Source of the DNA: Albugo candida | Taxonomy: Eukaryota | Assembly: GCA_040437565.1 (NCBI GenBank) | Contig: JBDOQK010000008.1 | Span: forward strand, 496,001-560,000 | Direction: 5' to 3' | DNA length: 64,000 bases | Shown: positions 45,781-57,896 of the stretch, piece after piece | How the letters are laid out: each line of letters begins with the position of its first letter | Numbering within the stretch: the stretch's first letter is position 1 | Translations under genes and position numbers: made by a program | Notes under the pieces: model-generated | The model's input: only the letters and a program-made list of their open reading frames with translations | The model's database searches: none | What the model was told of the DNA's origin: nothing

Positions 45781-47120
45781 ATGAGACTGTTCGTACTTGC
45801 TAACGTTATTAACTCGTACGCACGAGGAAAACATATATATATATTAAGCACTTCACAAAATTAACGTAGCCAAAATAATCGAAATCCACTGGATTGGATG
45901 GAAGAGTTTCAAGCTTCGGGTGAGTTGTTTAGGCTGTCAATGCTTACGAAAGTAATACAGTATGTATCAAGGAGGATTCAAAGCTGTGATATTGAACCAG
46001 ACTGCTAGCTGACGTTCGATTCACACGGTTCGGCCTTTCTCGATGTCACGAGATGCATTTAGACAGATTCTATTCTAAATTGATTATTGAGATATTTAGG
46101 TGCATCATACTTGAGAGTTGTATTACAGAGCTTTGACCATTATGTTGGCAATCAAAGCACTCCTCACATCATTCTCGCGATGATAAGCGCCGAGAATTTA
46201 TCTCAATGATGTAAAATGAGATTTTCATTTCGATCTCTGCTACTGAATGAATCTTCCCGATCCCCATATGGCAACACATCAATTTGGAATTAAGTCGATG
46301 TGTGCAATTTTTGATAGAACTCTCGTCACGCTGTGATGATTCTCGCTTCAAAAGATTGGGTCAGTGGGTACCCATTTACAAAGTGACTTATGACCATAGC
46401 ACTATCTCTAAAAGATAGCATCAATCTCCAAATATACGATTTTTCGGACGTACAGATCTATCGCCAACCCGCTGATAAAAATGACCAATTGCAGTGATCA
46501 TTAGTCTTGAATGGCACAACACAATTCATTCGTCAGGCTCCATTATTTCCGCATTCGGTAGCTGTTCCAGCAATCTCACGTAGATCGTCCAATATGGGTT
46601 GTGAGCATGATATGAAGAAGTAGGCTATATTCTCACGAAATCAAACCCGGTAGCGCTTTTAGAGTCAATTCCTTTTTTTTACATCCATCTTAGGCATTGC
46701 AATAAGGTCGTCAAGACATATATTGGGGTGTCCATCTAATCTTGTATTGCTTATGTGAATTGGAATCTTCATTAGCTCGGTCTCACTGGCAGGAACGACA
46801 TTGACCCTGCGCCAGTATTAAGCATTGCAGACTTATTGTTACCAAGGAACCTTCCTGTGTTGGAGCCTCTCTCGACCTTGAGCATTCTCGCATTTTGCGT
46901 CATTTCATACGAATAAAAGTCAACATAAGGTAACGACCGCCCGTAAAACAATCGATAACGAGTGTGCGTCGTCGCAATCAAAATTGTCATCCGATGGAAT
47001 TCTATAGCAACTATGTTATATTCATTCATCCGCGACCTCATTTTCGCTGGTTGCAATCCAAGCAAACAAATGGACTGAACGAACGATGAGAATCCCAAGA
47101 TTTGTGCATTTCATATTGAT
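45781..47120 (+). pseudogene. Putative decayed CCG-like effector relic 3 (near full length)
   Basis: MRLFVLANVINSYARG start; EFQA at codons 42-45 followed by a frameshifted CL; TGT CAC G AGA TGC (CH-x-C with +1) at 46044; in one frame HCNKVVKTYIGVSI*SC...DIDPAPV mirroring intact ICRMDCYSVANTLVDKC...QFDPSPI. Confidence 0.4.
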
Positions 47121-47150
47121 AGTAATGTTATCTATATCCAATGCATTGTA

Positions 47151-49542
47151 TTACTCATTCTCGATCGTACATTCTCTGAGACGGTTATTCGTTACTTGCG
47201 GCTCAGCTGACTCGTTGTCGAAACCGTGCTGATCAGCATCTCCCATACTCCTTGCTGTATCAGAGTGATCTGCATATGCATTCAATCTTGCGTACTGCTG
47301 CTTCTTCCCCCGCGAGAAAAGAAGGCGACGATAAACGTACACAGACGTTAGTACGACAACAACGATTCCAGTTGCAAGTACGATATAGCCCAGCCGGAGC
47401 AAATGATATCCTTGTCTCGATTTCATTTTTTCTTTCACAATCAAAGTCGAGCTGATTACACTGGATTTCTTCTCTTCTTCTGTGTTGTTACTGAACACTT
47501 TGGGAGCGGTCGGATCATTGCTATCATTGTGATGTGCTTTTGATGAAAATCGCTCAATCCGAAGCGATATAATCTACGAATACATCTGAATGTATGTACT
47601 TTGCAATGTGTCAAATGATCTTTACCGAAGAGTACCACCACAGCGATCCTTGTATTCTCTTCCCATTGAGTGTCATATTCCATGTGGGATTCGTTCGAAC
47701 ATTTACTGTATGCGTCTGAGGTGGAACAAGCGGAGAAGGAGAGTTCTTTTCAGAGCCCTGAACACTCCAGTCCTACACTGATTGTGAATCGACCAGATTG
47801 AAAAAACACTCCGACGTGATACCTGATCAACTTTAGCCGCAGCACGAAGAAAATAGACGCCCTCAGAGACATTGACTAATTCTGAGAGATTGACGCATTC
47901 AGAAAAGAACAAAGTTTGTGACTGCGTTGATTTGCTTCGTAGTGCTCGTCTATGGGAAAACATCGCATTCATGTACTTCCGACAGCAATATGCGCGAGTA
48001 CCTCGTAATCCCGGATTGGCTCTTCGTTCGAAAAAGAGCCTTTTTAAAGTCGGATGTTGAAGATATTCCCAAATAAGTCTCATCCACGGTGAATGCTCCC
48101 AAGACTTCCCATGCCATAAACAAATGGACTTTGGTGGAAAGAGATGAAAAGTTAACTAAACAATCAACCGAGTCACATTGAACGACATCTGTGTCTTCTG
48201 ATACCGGGCAGCTTGGGAATTGGATATCTTCGCGCGAAAGGTTATTTTCGGTGATAAATGTATCGACAGATATGAAGGAAGAAATTTCTTTCTCTCTTCG
48301 ACTTGATTGAGATGCGTTAGGCAATGAGAGCCAACGAACATACGGCCGAGCCATTTCTATAATCATTAATGCAACTCTCACATTCCGAGTAACATGTCCG
48401 ACCGGTTTGTAAGCATCCTGGTGATAGTAATACTCCAGATTGGTATTATATAAATCCGCATAGTCTCCAAGAGTTTCCGGGAGTGGTTCTTTTGCGTCTG
48501 AAGTCTCAATAAGCATCATTGCAGTCCGATGAGTCACGTTATTGTATATCGTTTTCGCTTTTGCATAGCCACCAAATCCGGAAGGACGACAAGCAGCAAA
48601 TGGTAGACTCTTCCCGGAAGCTTTCAAGACATCGTTCTCCCAAGAGGCTGCATACGACCAATCTTCCATACCACCTCGAACCCCATATACCACATCATTC
48701 ATCGTTCCCGTTTGATATAAACTCCCATCTTCAAAAGCCCCACCGTATAACGCCAACGTTTCGGCGAGAGACATCAGACCGCTATGATCTGGTGACTTTT
48801 GACTGCGCCCTTGCACATAATGATCCGGAGATCCCCATTCATACGTAATCGATTGTGTCCCACCGTGAAATGTGATCGCAAGCTCAAACACATGGTCGCG
48901 CCATAACTCGTTAATAATACGCGCAGTCATTGTCTCCATGCATTTTGGGGCATTCAACACACTAAAGTCTCGATTTGGGTCGTTTTTCTTCTCTTCCCGT
49001 ACATTATGGGCAAAGCCGTAAGCATTTGTCATTGGAATCACAAATATGTTACGTGTATTAACGAGATAGTGAAGCCACTGCCGGGTGATCTGATTATTGA
49101 CATTCCGATTAGCTGAATGTGGCTTCCCCGCGTGAGCATACGCGCCTTCTGCAAGAAGTGCTACCAGCTCGACCGAAGCTATAGGACCGACACGTTCGTT
49201 CCCGTGTAATGCACCACTGATAAATATTTCAGGTCGATATATATTGTCATTTTTGGAGTGATTTGTGACGTGGAGGACGTATTGTTTGCATGACAAGAGA
49301 TTTCGTCGGGGATGTTTCGAGTCTTTGGGGCATTTGAGCTCCGGAGGCAGCGGAAGGTTATATTTTTCTTGCGCTACAAACATGCGGACGACGTCCGGAT
49401 ACGTTTCTTGGAGCTCTTGCATAAATGCAATCATTTCTCCGTATTCAAGATACGAAAAAATCTCTGGAATATCATCGCCTTTTGTGGTTACCAAAGTATG
49501 GATTGTTACATACACAAGAGCAAAAAGTAGATACAAATTCAT
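47151..49542 (-). CDS. Type I membrane zinc carboxypeptidase (M14 family), 4 exons
   Basis: Signal MNLYLLFALVYVTIHTLVTTKG; Zn ligands HGNE and ITFHGG; DPNRDF; YGVRGGMEDWSY; IETS. Three short GT-AG introns (~47950-48001, ~47774-47823, ~47574-47625) link it in frame to the 47151-47498 exon with TM helix LGYIVLATGIVVVVLTSVYVY and a cytosolic tail containing YARL. Confidence 0.9.
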
Positions 49543-50707
49543 AGAAGCAATTACGCGTCCAATTTGAGTAAATTCGAAACAGTGGTGAAACCTCCAGCAT
49601 TTAATAAAATCAGAAAGACAACTGTACTTGACATAAGAATCTCCGCTCTGTTGCGCGGTGTCCCTGTATTGATGCACTTATTGAAAAATCATTAGCTTTT
49701 GAGTCGGGTGGATAAGGAGAGTGAACTCGTCAAGTATACAAGAAGAATGCATAGCGTCTAATGGTGGTGTGGTGTACATAATTTCATGATCACGTTTGAT
49801 TGGTATTTTTAGACGCGGGGAATCGACCCTCAACCTCAAGGAATGCTATAGCTATATGAAAACCAGTATCAAATAAATATTCAGATCGTGCCATTCTAAA
49901 GCCGCCAAATTGTTTATTTGGCTAGTATGTAGAGAGACTTATTACGGTTTTCTCTGCCCATGGAGTTTATCTAATACCTTTTTTGTAACATCAAGCTTAT
50001 TTTTCATGGGCAGCTGGATAAAGAAAAACAAAATGTTGTCGCAGCAAACATGTTTGTCTCCGGCAGCAATGCAACGTCACTGTAAAAGCTCTACCAAGAG
50101 GCCAATACACATCCAATGCATCAAATCGCACTATTATTGAGACATTTACTTATTTGTAAACGTGCACTTTTCAGCCTCAAGGATTCTGTGGTGCGATAAT
50201 CTCAGAGATCATTTCGTGACTGCGGAATGAAGAGCGAACGATCGAAGGTGCTCCAGATTGAGACTTCGACATGTTAGTGATTTTTAAACATCCTACGACC
50301 AATGAGTAGCAAATAGTACCATTCAACATTTCCTATTCTTCGTTTCGACCAATCTTCAAGAGGTGTGGTATGTGGATTAGTACAAAAGAAAAATATTTGA
50401 TTGCAAATCGATTCCGGACGAGTACTTTCGACACAGTGAACTTCTGACACATCGATATCGTAGTATACCTTTATGAAGAAAAAAGAGTATTAAAATGGTG
50501 CCAATGAAGCTTAAGTGTAGAGATCCCCAACGGCTTCTGGAATACACATGAGACGTATTCCCGCATTGATCAAGAATCCATCACATACGAGGAAGCAAAT
50601 CAAGTCTNNNNNNNNNNNNNNNNNNNNNNNNNNNNNNNNNNNNNNNNNNNNNNNNNNNNNNNNNNNNNNNNNNNNNNNNNNNNNNNNNNNNNNNNNNNNN
50701 NNNNNNN

Positions 50708-52522
50708 TGACTTTTGACTGCGCCCTTGCACATAATGATCCGGAGATCCCCATTCATACGTAATCGATTGTGTCCCACCGTGAAATGTGATCGCAAGCTC
50801 AAACACATGGTCGCGCCATAACTCGTTAATAATACGCGCAGTCATTGTCTCCATGCATTTTGGGGCATTCAACACACTAAAGTCTCGATTTGGGTCGTTT
50901 TTCTTCTCTTCCCGTACATTATGGGCAAAGCCGTAAGCATTTGTCATTGGAATCACAAATATGTTACGTGTATTAACGAGATAGTGAAGCCACTGCCGGG
51001 TGATCTGATTATTGACATTCCGATTAGCTGAATGTGGCTTCCCCGCGTGAGCATACGCGCCTTCTGCAAGAAGTGCTACCAGCTCGACCGAAGCTATAGG
51101 ACCGACACGTTCGTTCCCGTGTAATGCACCACTGATAAATATTTCAGGTCGATATATATTGTCATTTTTGGAGTGATTTGTGACGTGGAGGACGTATTGT
51201 TTGCATGACAAGAGATTTCGTCGGGGATGTTTCGAGTCTTTGGGGCATTTGAGCTCCGGAGGCAGCGGAAGGTTATATTTTTCTTGCGCTACAAACATGC
51301 GGACGACGTCCGGATACGTTTCTTGGAGCTCTTGCATAAATGCAATCATTTCTCCGTATTCAAGATACGAAAAAATCTCTGGAATATCATCGCCTTTTGT
51401 GGTTACCAAAGTATGGATTGTTACATACACAAGAGCAAAAAGTAGATACAAATTCATAGAAGCAATTACGCGTCCAATTTGAGTAAATTCGAAACAGTGG
51501 TGAAACCTCCAGCATTTAATAAAATCAGAAAGACAACTGTACTTGACATAAGAATCTCCGCTCTGTTGCGCGGTGTCCCTGTATTGATGCACTTATTGAA
51601 AAATCATTAGCTTTTGAGTCGGGTGGATAAGGAGAGTGAACTCGTCAAGTATACAAGAAGAATGCATAGCGTCTAATGGTGGTGTGGTGTACATAATTTC
51701 ATGATCACGTTTGATTGGTATTTTTAGACGCGGGGAATCGACCCTCAACCTCAAGGAATGCTATAGCTATATGAAAACCAGTATCAAATAAATATTCAGA
51801 TCGTGCCATTCTAAAGCCGCCAAATTGTTTATTTGGCTAGTATGTAGAGAGACTTATTACGGTTTTCTCTGCCCATGGAGTTTATCTAATACCTTTTTTG
51901 TAACATCAAGCTTATTTTTCATGGGCAGCTGGATAAAGAAAAACAAAATGTTGTCGCAGCAAACATGTTTGTCTCCGGCAGCAATGCAACGTCACTGTAA
52001 AAGCTCTACCAAGAGGCCAATACACATCCAATGCATCAAATCGCACTATTATTGAGACATTTACTTATTTGTAAACGTGCACTTTTCAGCCTCAAGGATT
52101 CTGTGGTGCGATAATCTCAGAGATCATTTCGTGACTGCGGAATGAAGAGCGAACGATCGAAGGTGCTCCAGATTGAGACTTCGACATGTTAGTGATTTTT
52201 AAACATCCTACGACCAATGAGTAGCAAATAGTACCATTCAACATTTCCTATTCTTCGTTTCGACCAATCTTCAAGAGGTGTGGTATGTGGATTAGTACAA
52301 AAGAAAAATATTTGATTGCAAATCGATTCCGGACGAGTACTTTCGACACAGTGAACTTCTGACACATCGATATCGTAGTATACCTTTATGAAGAAAAAAG
52401 AGTATTAAAATGGTGCCAATGAAGCTTAAGTGTAGAGATCCCCAACGGCTTCTGGAATACACATGAGACGTATTCCCGCATTGATCAAGAATCCATCACA
52501 TACGAGGAAGCAAATCAAGTCT
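50708..52522. repeat. 1815-bp direct duplicate of 48793-50607 across a 100-N gap (assembly overlap; second carboxypeptidase 5' copy is probably not real)
   Basis: Sequence after the gap reads identical to 48793-50607 (offset 1915) and ends exactly at the bases that precede the gap. Confidence 0.9.
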
Positions 52523-52849
52523 TATGCTACATTAACGCTCCGTCCGATGCTGACGAGAACGATCTGAGACACCTCGGTGGATCCTACAGGAAGTAGCATA
52601 TCGACAATTTTGCTTCATTCCGAGGTATTTCTTGAAGTATTTCAAAGGGTTTCTTCAGCCCCGCAAGCAGCGTTAAGACTTAGAACCACGAACCCTTTTA
52701 ATCGAGATTAGCTGAACTCGAACTGACACTACCCATTTTTGAAGTTCGTTCATCGTCACCAATCAGTACCTTTAGTTTTAATAACTTTATAAGGACTATC
52801 ACTCCAAACGCTATTTTTCTCCTCTACAAGCGCCGCCAAGATGCTAACT

Positions 52850-53219
52850 CACGGCATTAATAAGCGCTCAGCACATCGGAATATGCGATGAACGGCATAT
52901 AAAATATCTATGTAGATGAGGCTACTATTGGACTCTACATAAAAATTCTTGTTTTACCTTGACATCGTTTGTGAGAGCCAATGTAGCCAGAAGCCTCTAC
53001 CAAAATTGAAAATTGTGTTTCCGGATTGCGTCCGAGCAATTTCACTCCAGTGTTCATCAGATTACCTGGTATATTCTTAAGAACGCCTTCCGCGTATTCA
53101 CTGGGTTTACGAACAAATCCAATTTTTGACCCCGAATTCCTACATTTCATCTGTGGCTTTGAAGCTTACGATTGAGCCAGCAGCATGAAAGACAAAGTAA
53201 AAGAATGTGAGGGTCTCGT
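52850..53219 (-). pseudogene. Putative decayed CCG-like effector relic 4
   Basis: In frame from ACG 53219: (M)RPSHSFTLSFMLLAQS*... then SEYAEGVLKNIPG (TAC and GGC each one base from Cys) and FSILVEASGYIGSHKRC; in a shifted frame SLIYID...FRCAERLL (compare CLxxxx...CxxCL modules). Confidence 0.3.
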
Positions 53220-53626
53220 AATGTAACTGCCGCTAGTTATTGTTCAGCTGGATGTCGGTATTTACGTCGTACCTATTTCAAACAGATCCGACAAAAAGAG
53301 GAGCATGTTTGGTTGATGATCCAAGCCGGCGATTCTCGAACTTGCAGCATTGTGTAGACCGTCTTACAAGAAGAACAACATCACCCAAATCAGTAGATTG
53401 ACTTTTCTTTCTCAAGCATTCTCAAAGCATAGAAGAAAAACCATTGAGGCAGTAAGTAAAAATTTTCTCTATTTTTTCAAACAGAAGATGCATGGTTCAA
53501 AAATTAAAATTCGTCCTTCCATCCGTCCATGTCGACCAAGAAGCTCTGCGAAAGCATAAATGAAATATCATTGATGTGATGAGCTAATGATATTTTATCC
53601 ATCTCCTGATACAAATTTCCATTGTA

Positions 53627-55396
53627 TCACAATGTATCTTCTCTCGTCCACTGCAGATTTGTCGGCAGCTGGTTTAGCGTTATTTTAGATGGATGCAGCT
53701 CACCGATCCAGAAATCCGAACCACGTATATGAGCATACACCTCTATGGCGGATATTGCTCGTAGTGAATGGATATCAAGATTTTCAAGCCTTGATTTTTC
53801 ATCGATAATTGCACAATTACAAGCCGGCGATTCGCGATTTGAGTCGATCATCCACACGTATCTTTTCACAGTCGATACTATCAAAACCTCGTGTACAAGA
53901 GCAAGGCATTTCAAGCATTCATTAGTATGATACGTGGCCATGACTATAGTGACAACTTGTCCATAATGGGTCGAGAGGATTCCAGCACTCGACGTCTCGG
54001 GAGTTTTGGGCTTCCAGTATTTGTGCCACCAAGATAATTCTCTCCGAGAATGAGTCGACCCTGCCGATAGCATCTGTTCGGATTGGAGTGGTGTGTCATG
54101 CTCATACATACAAATCTGGTCTGGGACAAACACAAGCTTGTCACACGCATGTTTATTGGGAAACGAGATGCATTCTTTGAAATTTTTCCCTTGGGCGTTT
54201 ATTGTTGCAATAAGCGATGTGATTTTGGAAAGAGGATCCACACGAACTTCAAATGATGACCTCAGACATCTTCTACATTCTTCGACATGCTCGTAATGAT
54301 AGTGAGCCACCAAACAATTACTATAGAAATCCGGAAAGAAATCTTTTTCGTCCTGGGTGGCCACATGCACAAAAATTTGATCTCCAATCGGCGACGGATC
54401 AAACTGTGCTTGATAGTCTTTGTAGCATTTATCAACCAACGTGTTCGCCACACTATAGCAATCCATCCGACAAATATTCCAATTAGTCAAATCCGTTTTA
54501 GAAGCAACCAATATAAATGCGGATGGTTCAAAGAAAGCGTCGACCTTCAACCAGTGCGCAAATCCTACTACAGAACGCTCCAAGCATTTCATGCAGCGGA
54601 GGGTCCGCTCATGACGACTGAGTCCTTCTGAAGAAGTATCCGGTTGTGGCGTAACCTCCAGACAGTAATAGTGCCATATCTGTTGTTTTATACCCAGGAA
54701 TGGCAGCTTCATCCTCAGACGCTTTGCCGAATGACCGGATGTAGATACCCTTTTTTTGTGGACAGCTTTACATAAATCATCTGGGTACTCTGTAATGCCT
54801 AGGTTGCGGCAAACTCGAGTTTTTTCACAGTTTTTGGAAGCAAGTTTCGGGTTAAAATGCAATGTGCGCAGTACGTGAACGAAATAAATCTTTCCCTGTT
54901 TGATAAACAAAAATTCTCCAAGTTTTTTTGAATCCATCACTTCTCTTAGGCAGCTTCTACAATCATCTGTGGCATGCCAGTATAATTGGGTCAGACAAAC
55001 AAATTTCTCTCCTTTTTGTTTCTTCTTAGAAGCGTGTGGTGTCGATTCCGTATGATCAGTAGAGACGGTAACGGGTAATGCCAGTTGGCCGGCACTCAGA
55101 TTGCAACAGACGTCGCTGCAGTGATTCCGCCCACGCTGAAAACCAAGATGCGATGAGGTGACAGTAAATGTAATCCTAAGTGGTTCAATCCTCCTGATAG
55201 ACACTTCCTTGGCTCCTGCGAAAACAAGAAGGCAATGTTGACACTTGGCGTAATTGGAAATGATGATTCCCTTCAGAGATCTCTCACCCTCAGATACTTC
55301 CATGGTGTATTTCAATGAGTAATACTCTCCATAGCATGTATACGAATGATATGCTAAGAGCCAGATAGAAGTGCTTACAAGTGGCAGCGATCGCAT
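53627..55396 (-). CDS. Secreted CCG-class (CxxCxxxxxG / CHxC-related) Albugo-type effector candidate, 589 aa, intronless
   Basis: N-terminal signal peptide (...WLLAYHSYTCYG); CQHCLLVFAG at residues 52-61, within about 30-40 aa of the predicted cleavage site; Cys-rich; located in a gene-sparse region. Confidence 0.85.
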   Translation of the reverse strand: MRSLPLVSTSIWLLAYHSYTCYGEYYSLKYTMEVSEGERSLKGIIISNYAKCQHCLLVFAGAKEVSIRRIEPLRITFTVTSSHLGFQRGRNHCSDVCCNLSAGQLALPVTVSTDHTESTPHASKKKQKGEKFVCLTQLYWHATDDCRSCLREVMDSKKLGEFLFIKQGKIYFVHVLRTLHFNPKLASKNCEKTRVCRNLGITEYPDDLCKAVHKKRVSTSGHSAKRLRMKLPFLGIKQQIWHYYCLEVTPQPDTSSEGLSRHERTLRCMKCLERSVVGFAHWLKVDAFFEPSAFILVASKTDLTNWNICRMDCYSVANTLVDKCYKDYQAQFDPSPIGDQIFVHVATQDEKDFFPDFYSNCLVAHYHYEHVEECRRCLRSSFEVRVDPLSKITSLIATINAQGKNFKECISFPNKHACDKLVFVPDQICMYEHDTPLQSEQMLSAGSTHSRRELSWWHKYWKPKTPETSSAGILSTHYGQVVTIVMATYHTNECLKCLALVHEVLIVSTVKRYVWMIDSNRESPACNCAIIDEKSRLENLDIHSLRAISAIEVYAHIRGSDFWIGELHPSKITLNQLPTNLQWTREDTL

Positions 55397-55929
55397 TGAC
55401 TGAGATCGACAATTAAAAGGTGTAAATGCTGTCCGTTAACTGCTGTTCGTTTTGCAGACTACCAAGTACCTCGACACGTCAAGTCCAATCACTAAATCTA
55501 CTAGTTTCTGTCCAACGGAATGGCTTCTGTTGACACTTTGTTACAAGCTATCGTCTAAACGTAGTCCTCTGATGACGTGGCAACCCTACATAGCCACCCT
55601 TAGGACGTTTACAGTATTCTTGTTACAACACGCTGATTTTGATGAAGGTAGAGGCTCCACTGCCTCGTCTGAGGCTAATGATACGCTAAAACAAGGCAAA
55701 GTGCAAATCGAGAGTCACAAAGACATTGCAAGATTTATGATGGCTAAAAGCAGGTCAAGCATTTACCCGAAGACCAACAGAAGAACTCGTGGTGCTGAAG
55801 GACTACTTGGTAGTCGACAGATTGGCCAGGTGGCTAGACACTTGCTGGGTATCACTCCGTAAGTTGAATCCTTCCTAAATGTGTTTGAGGTGAGCTCAAA
55901 TAGCGGCACTATGAATACCTTGTTTGCCG

Positions 55930-56879
55930 TTCACTAGCCACGCTGCATGTTTCGTACGTATTCGGACAACTTCATTGTGGCGGGCATTGCCTGTGAATAG
56001 GCTTCATGCGAGAAGCACTTGTTCCCATCTATACGATTATGCGTTGGTCTACTAAGCCCCCTTTGGCCCAAGCCATCAAAATAACAATCTATCGATCGTG
56101 CTGTCGATCGCGAAAATGTAGATATTGCGATTAGCAGCAATAAGCAAACGGACGCGATAGTGGAGTGTTACTCCCACCCATCTCAGAACTCACTAAGCTC
56201 TCAAGATTTAGGCACTGACCATTGCATACCTTGTTGCTGAGATCATAACACTGCTTACAAAACGATAACGAACGAACATGTACGTCGTTCAGGGGGAAAG
56301 TATCGCAGAACAGAGACATTCCTACGAATACTTTTGCACGGCGCTCTTATGTATCGTCTGACCTGGTGAATAGCGGTTTTGAACGGTGGAGCTGAGCTGC
56401 TGACAAGCGGTTCATGGCGCATTACAGAAAAGATCTGCCACAAAAGTCCTAGAATGGTCGAAAAAAAGCAACCGCTCGCGTCGAAAATGTGGTCAAGGAT
56501 CTTAAATCCGAAAATTCTTTCTAAAATCTCAAAGCACATAAGTTGGCACACGCGATACTCACAATAGTCTTTCGCCGTCTCGACGATTCTTCACAAAGCC
56601 AGACAAGAAAATCTAAGCGTCTCTTAAGCATCCCGTAATGATGAATGAGAGGCTTCTTGTACTCGACAATCGTACGTTGGATAAAGTAGCGCATTGGCAA
56701 TTCATAATCAGATTTTTGCTGGTGCAAATCAAAAAGGATAGCGGGTTGAAGAAAATGGCTCAGTGTTCTCTGGAATAGTGGTAACGACCTTTTCATCACT
56801 GCCTCCTACGCGGCAAATGTGCAGCACTGCATATCTCACAGCAAGTCAGCGAGACGAGACTGATAGTTAGTCCATTCAT
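55930..56879 (-). pseudogene. Putative decayed CCG-like effector relic 5
   Basis: Signal-like MNGLTISLVSLTCCEICSA at 56879; frameshifted NCQCATLSNVRLSSTRSLSFIIT; ETAKDYCEYRVC (CEYRVC at 56546-56563); FCKQCY...KVCNGQC. Confidence 0.3.
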
Positions 56880-57896
56880 CGTGAGTGTATCCTCGACATT
56901 TATAACTTACATAATGTCTTAGGGCTTGCGGTTAATGCCACCAGATTAATAAATGGGCTCATTTTCATCGCCCATACATTCAGACTCCCTTTTCTTGATT
57001 CCAGAGAAATCAGCTTCACGATCATTCCAAATTCATCACATTCAAAATGCGCGCAAGAGGAAACAGGCGAGTGCTTTCATTATCACTTGAATTACTACGA
57101 AGAACCTCCTGAAGCCTTTTCGTGTCTTTCGAATTGTTTCTGTTCGTCGGATGTTATCAAAGCAATAGTGGCACCATGACATCGTAAATCCCACTCGCAA
57201 TGATTCACGAATAATTTGTCCTGAGCTCAATCAGCACCTCACAAATCGACTCATCTGCTAATGTTCAGGAATAAAACAAAGCTCTTTGAATCGATTCAAT
57301 TCAGATTTCGCTCGAAATAGTGGAGCAAGACCGTATTGAAGCGAGCACATCCTTCTCGGTGGAAACAAGCATTCGAAATGTGGATCTGAGGGATTGGAGG
57401 TATAAATTTTTCGATTTTAGATTTGCTACAACGTCGTCAGCGCTAATTGAGCAATCAGTTCAATTCCTCTACGACCAAGTACTAAATTTATTTTCAAGCT
57501 TCTTTTCGTTCTAAATTGTGCATGCAATTGATGATTATCATGAGCGAGCCTTTACACTTGTCCGCTTTAGCCTGAAGATCCTATCATGGTATGTGTCTGG
57601 TGCTTAGTGTTGTTCTCAGAAGTGCTTTTTTGTATGCCCTGGGTGAAAGGCAAGGATTGACTATATCTTGGATGTCAAATCATCCTAAAATTGCCATCCA
57701 CTCATGGCTTGAAGATGGTACAATGCTAGAGCTGAATGGCTACAAAACCTCTCTTGAATTCTACAAAAACATTATAAATTACACTTGCCAGTTTATTTTG
57801 AGTATACATTAGCTGACTAACAAGCCCGCGACAAATCAGAGCTGCTTGACATAATACTTCGCATAACATATCTTTTAGTATACTTAAACTCGAGCT

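Noticed and set aside
45768-45832. Hairpin with GATGAG...GAAAAC resembling a hammerhead ribozyme
   Set aside because: Lacks the CUGAnGA core and three-stem geometry; better explained as the start of a decayed ORF.
50600-51592. Second carboxypeptidase paralogue
   Set aside because: Part of an apparently identical 1815-bp overlap duplication ending exactly at the gap; cannot be taken as a real tandem copy without read depth.
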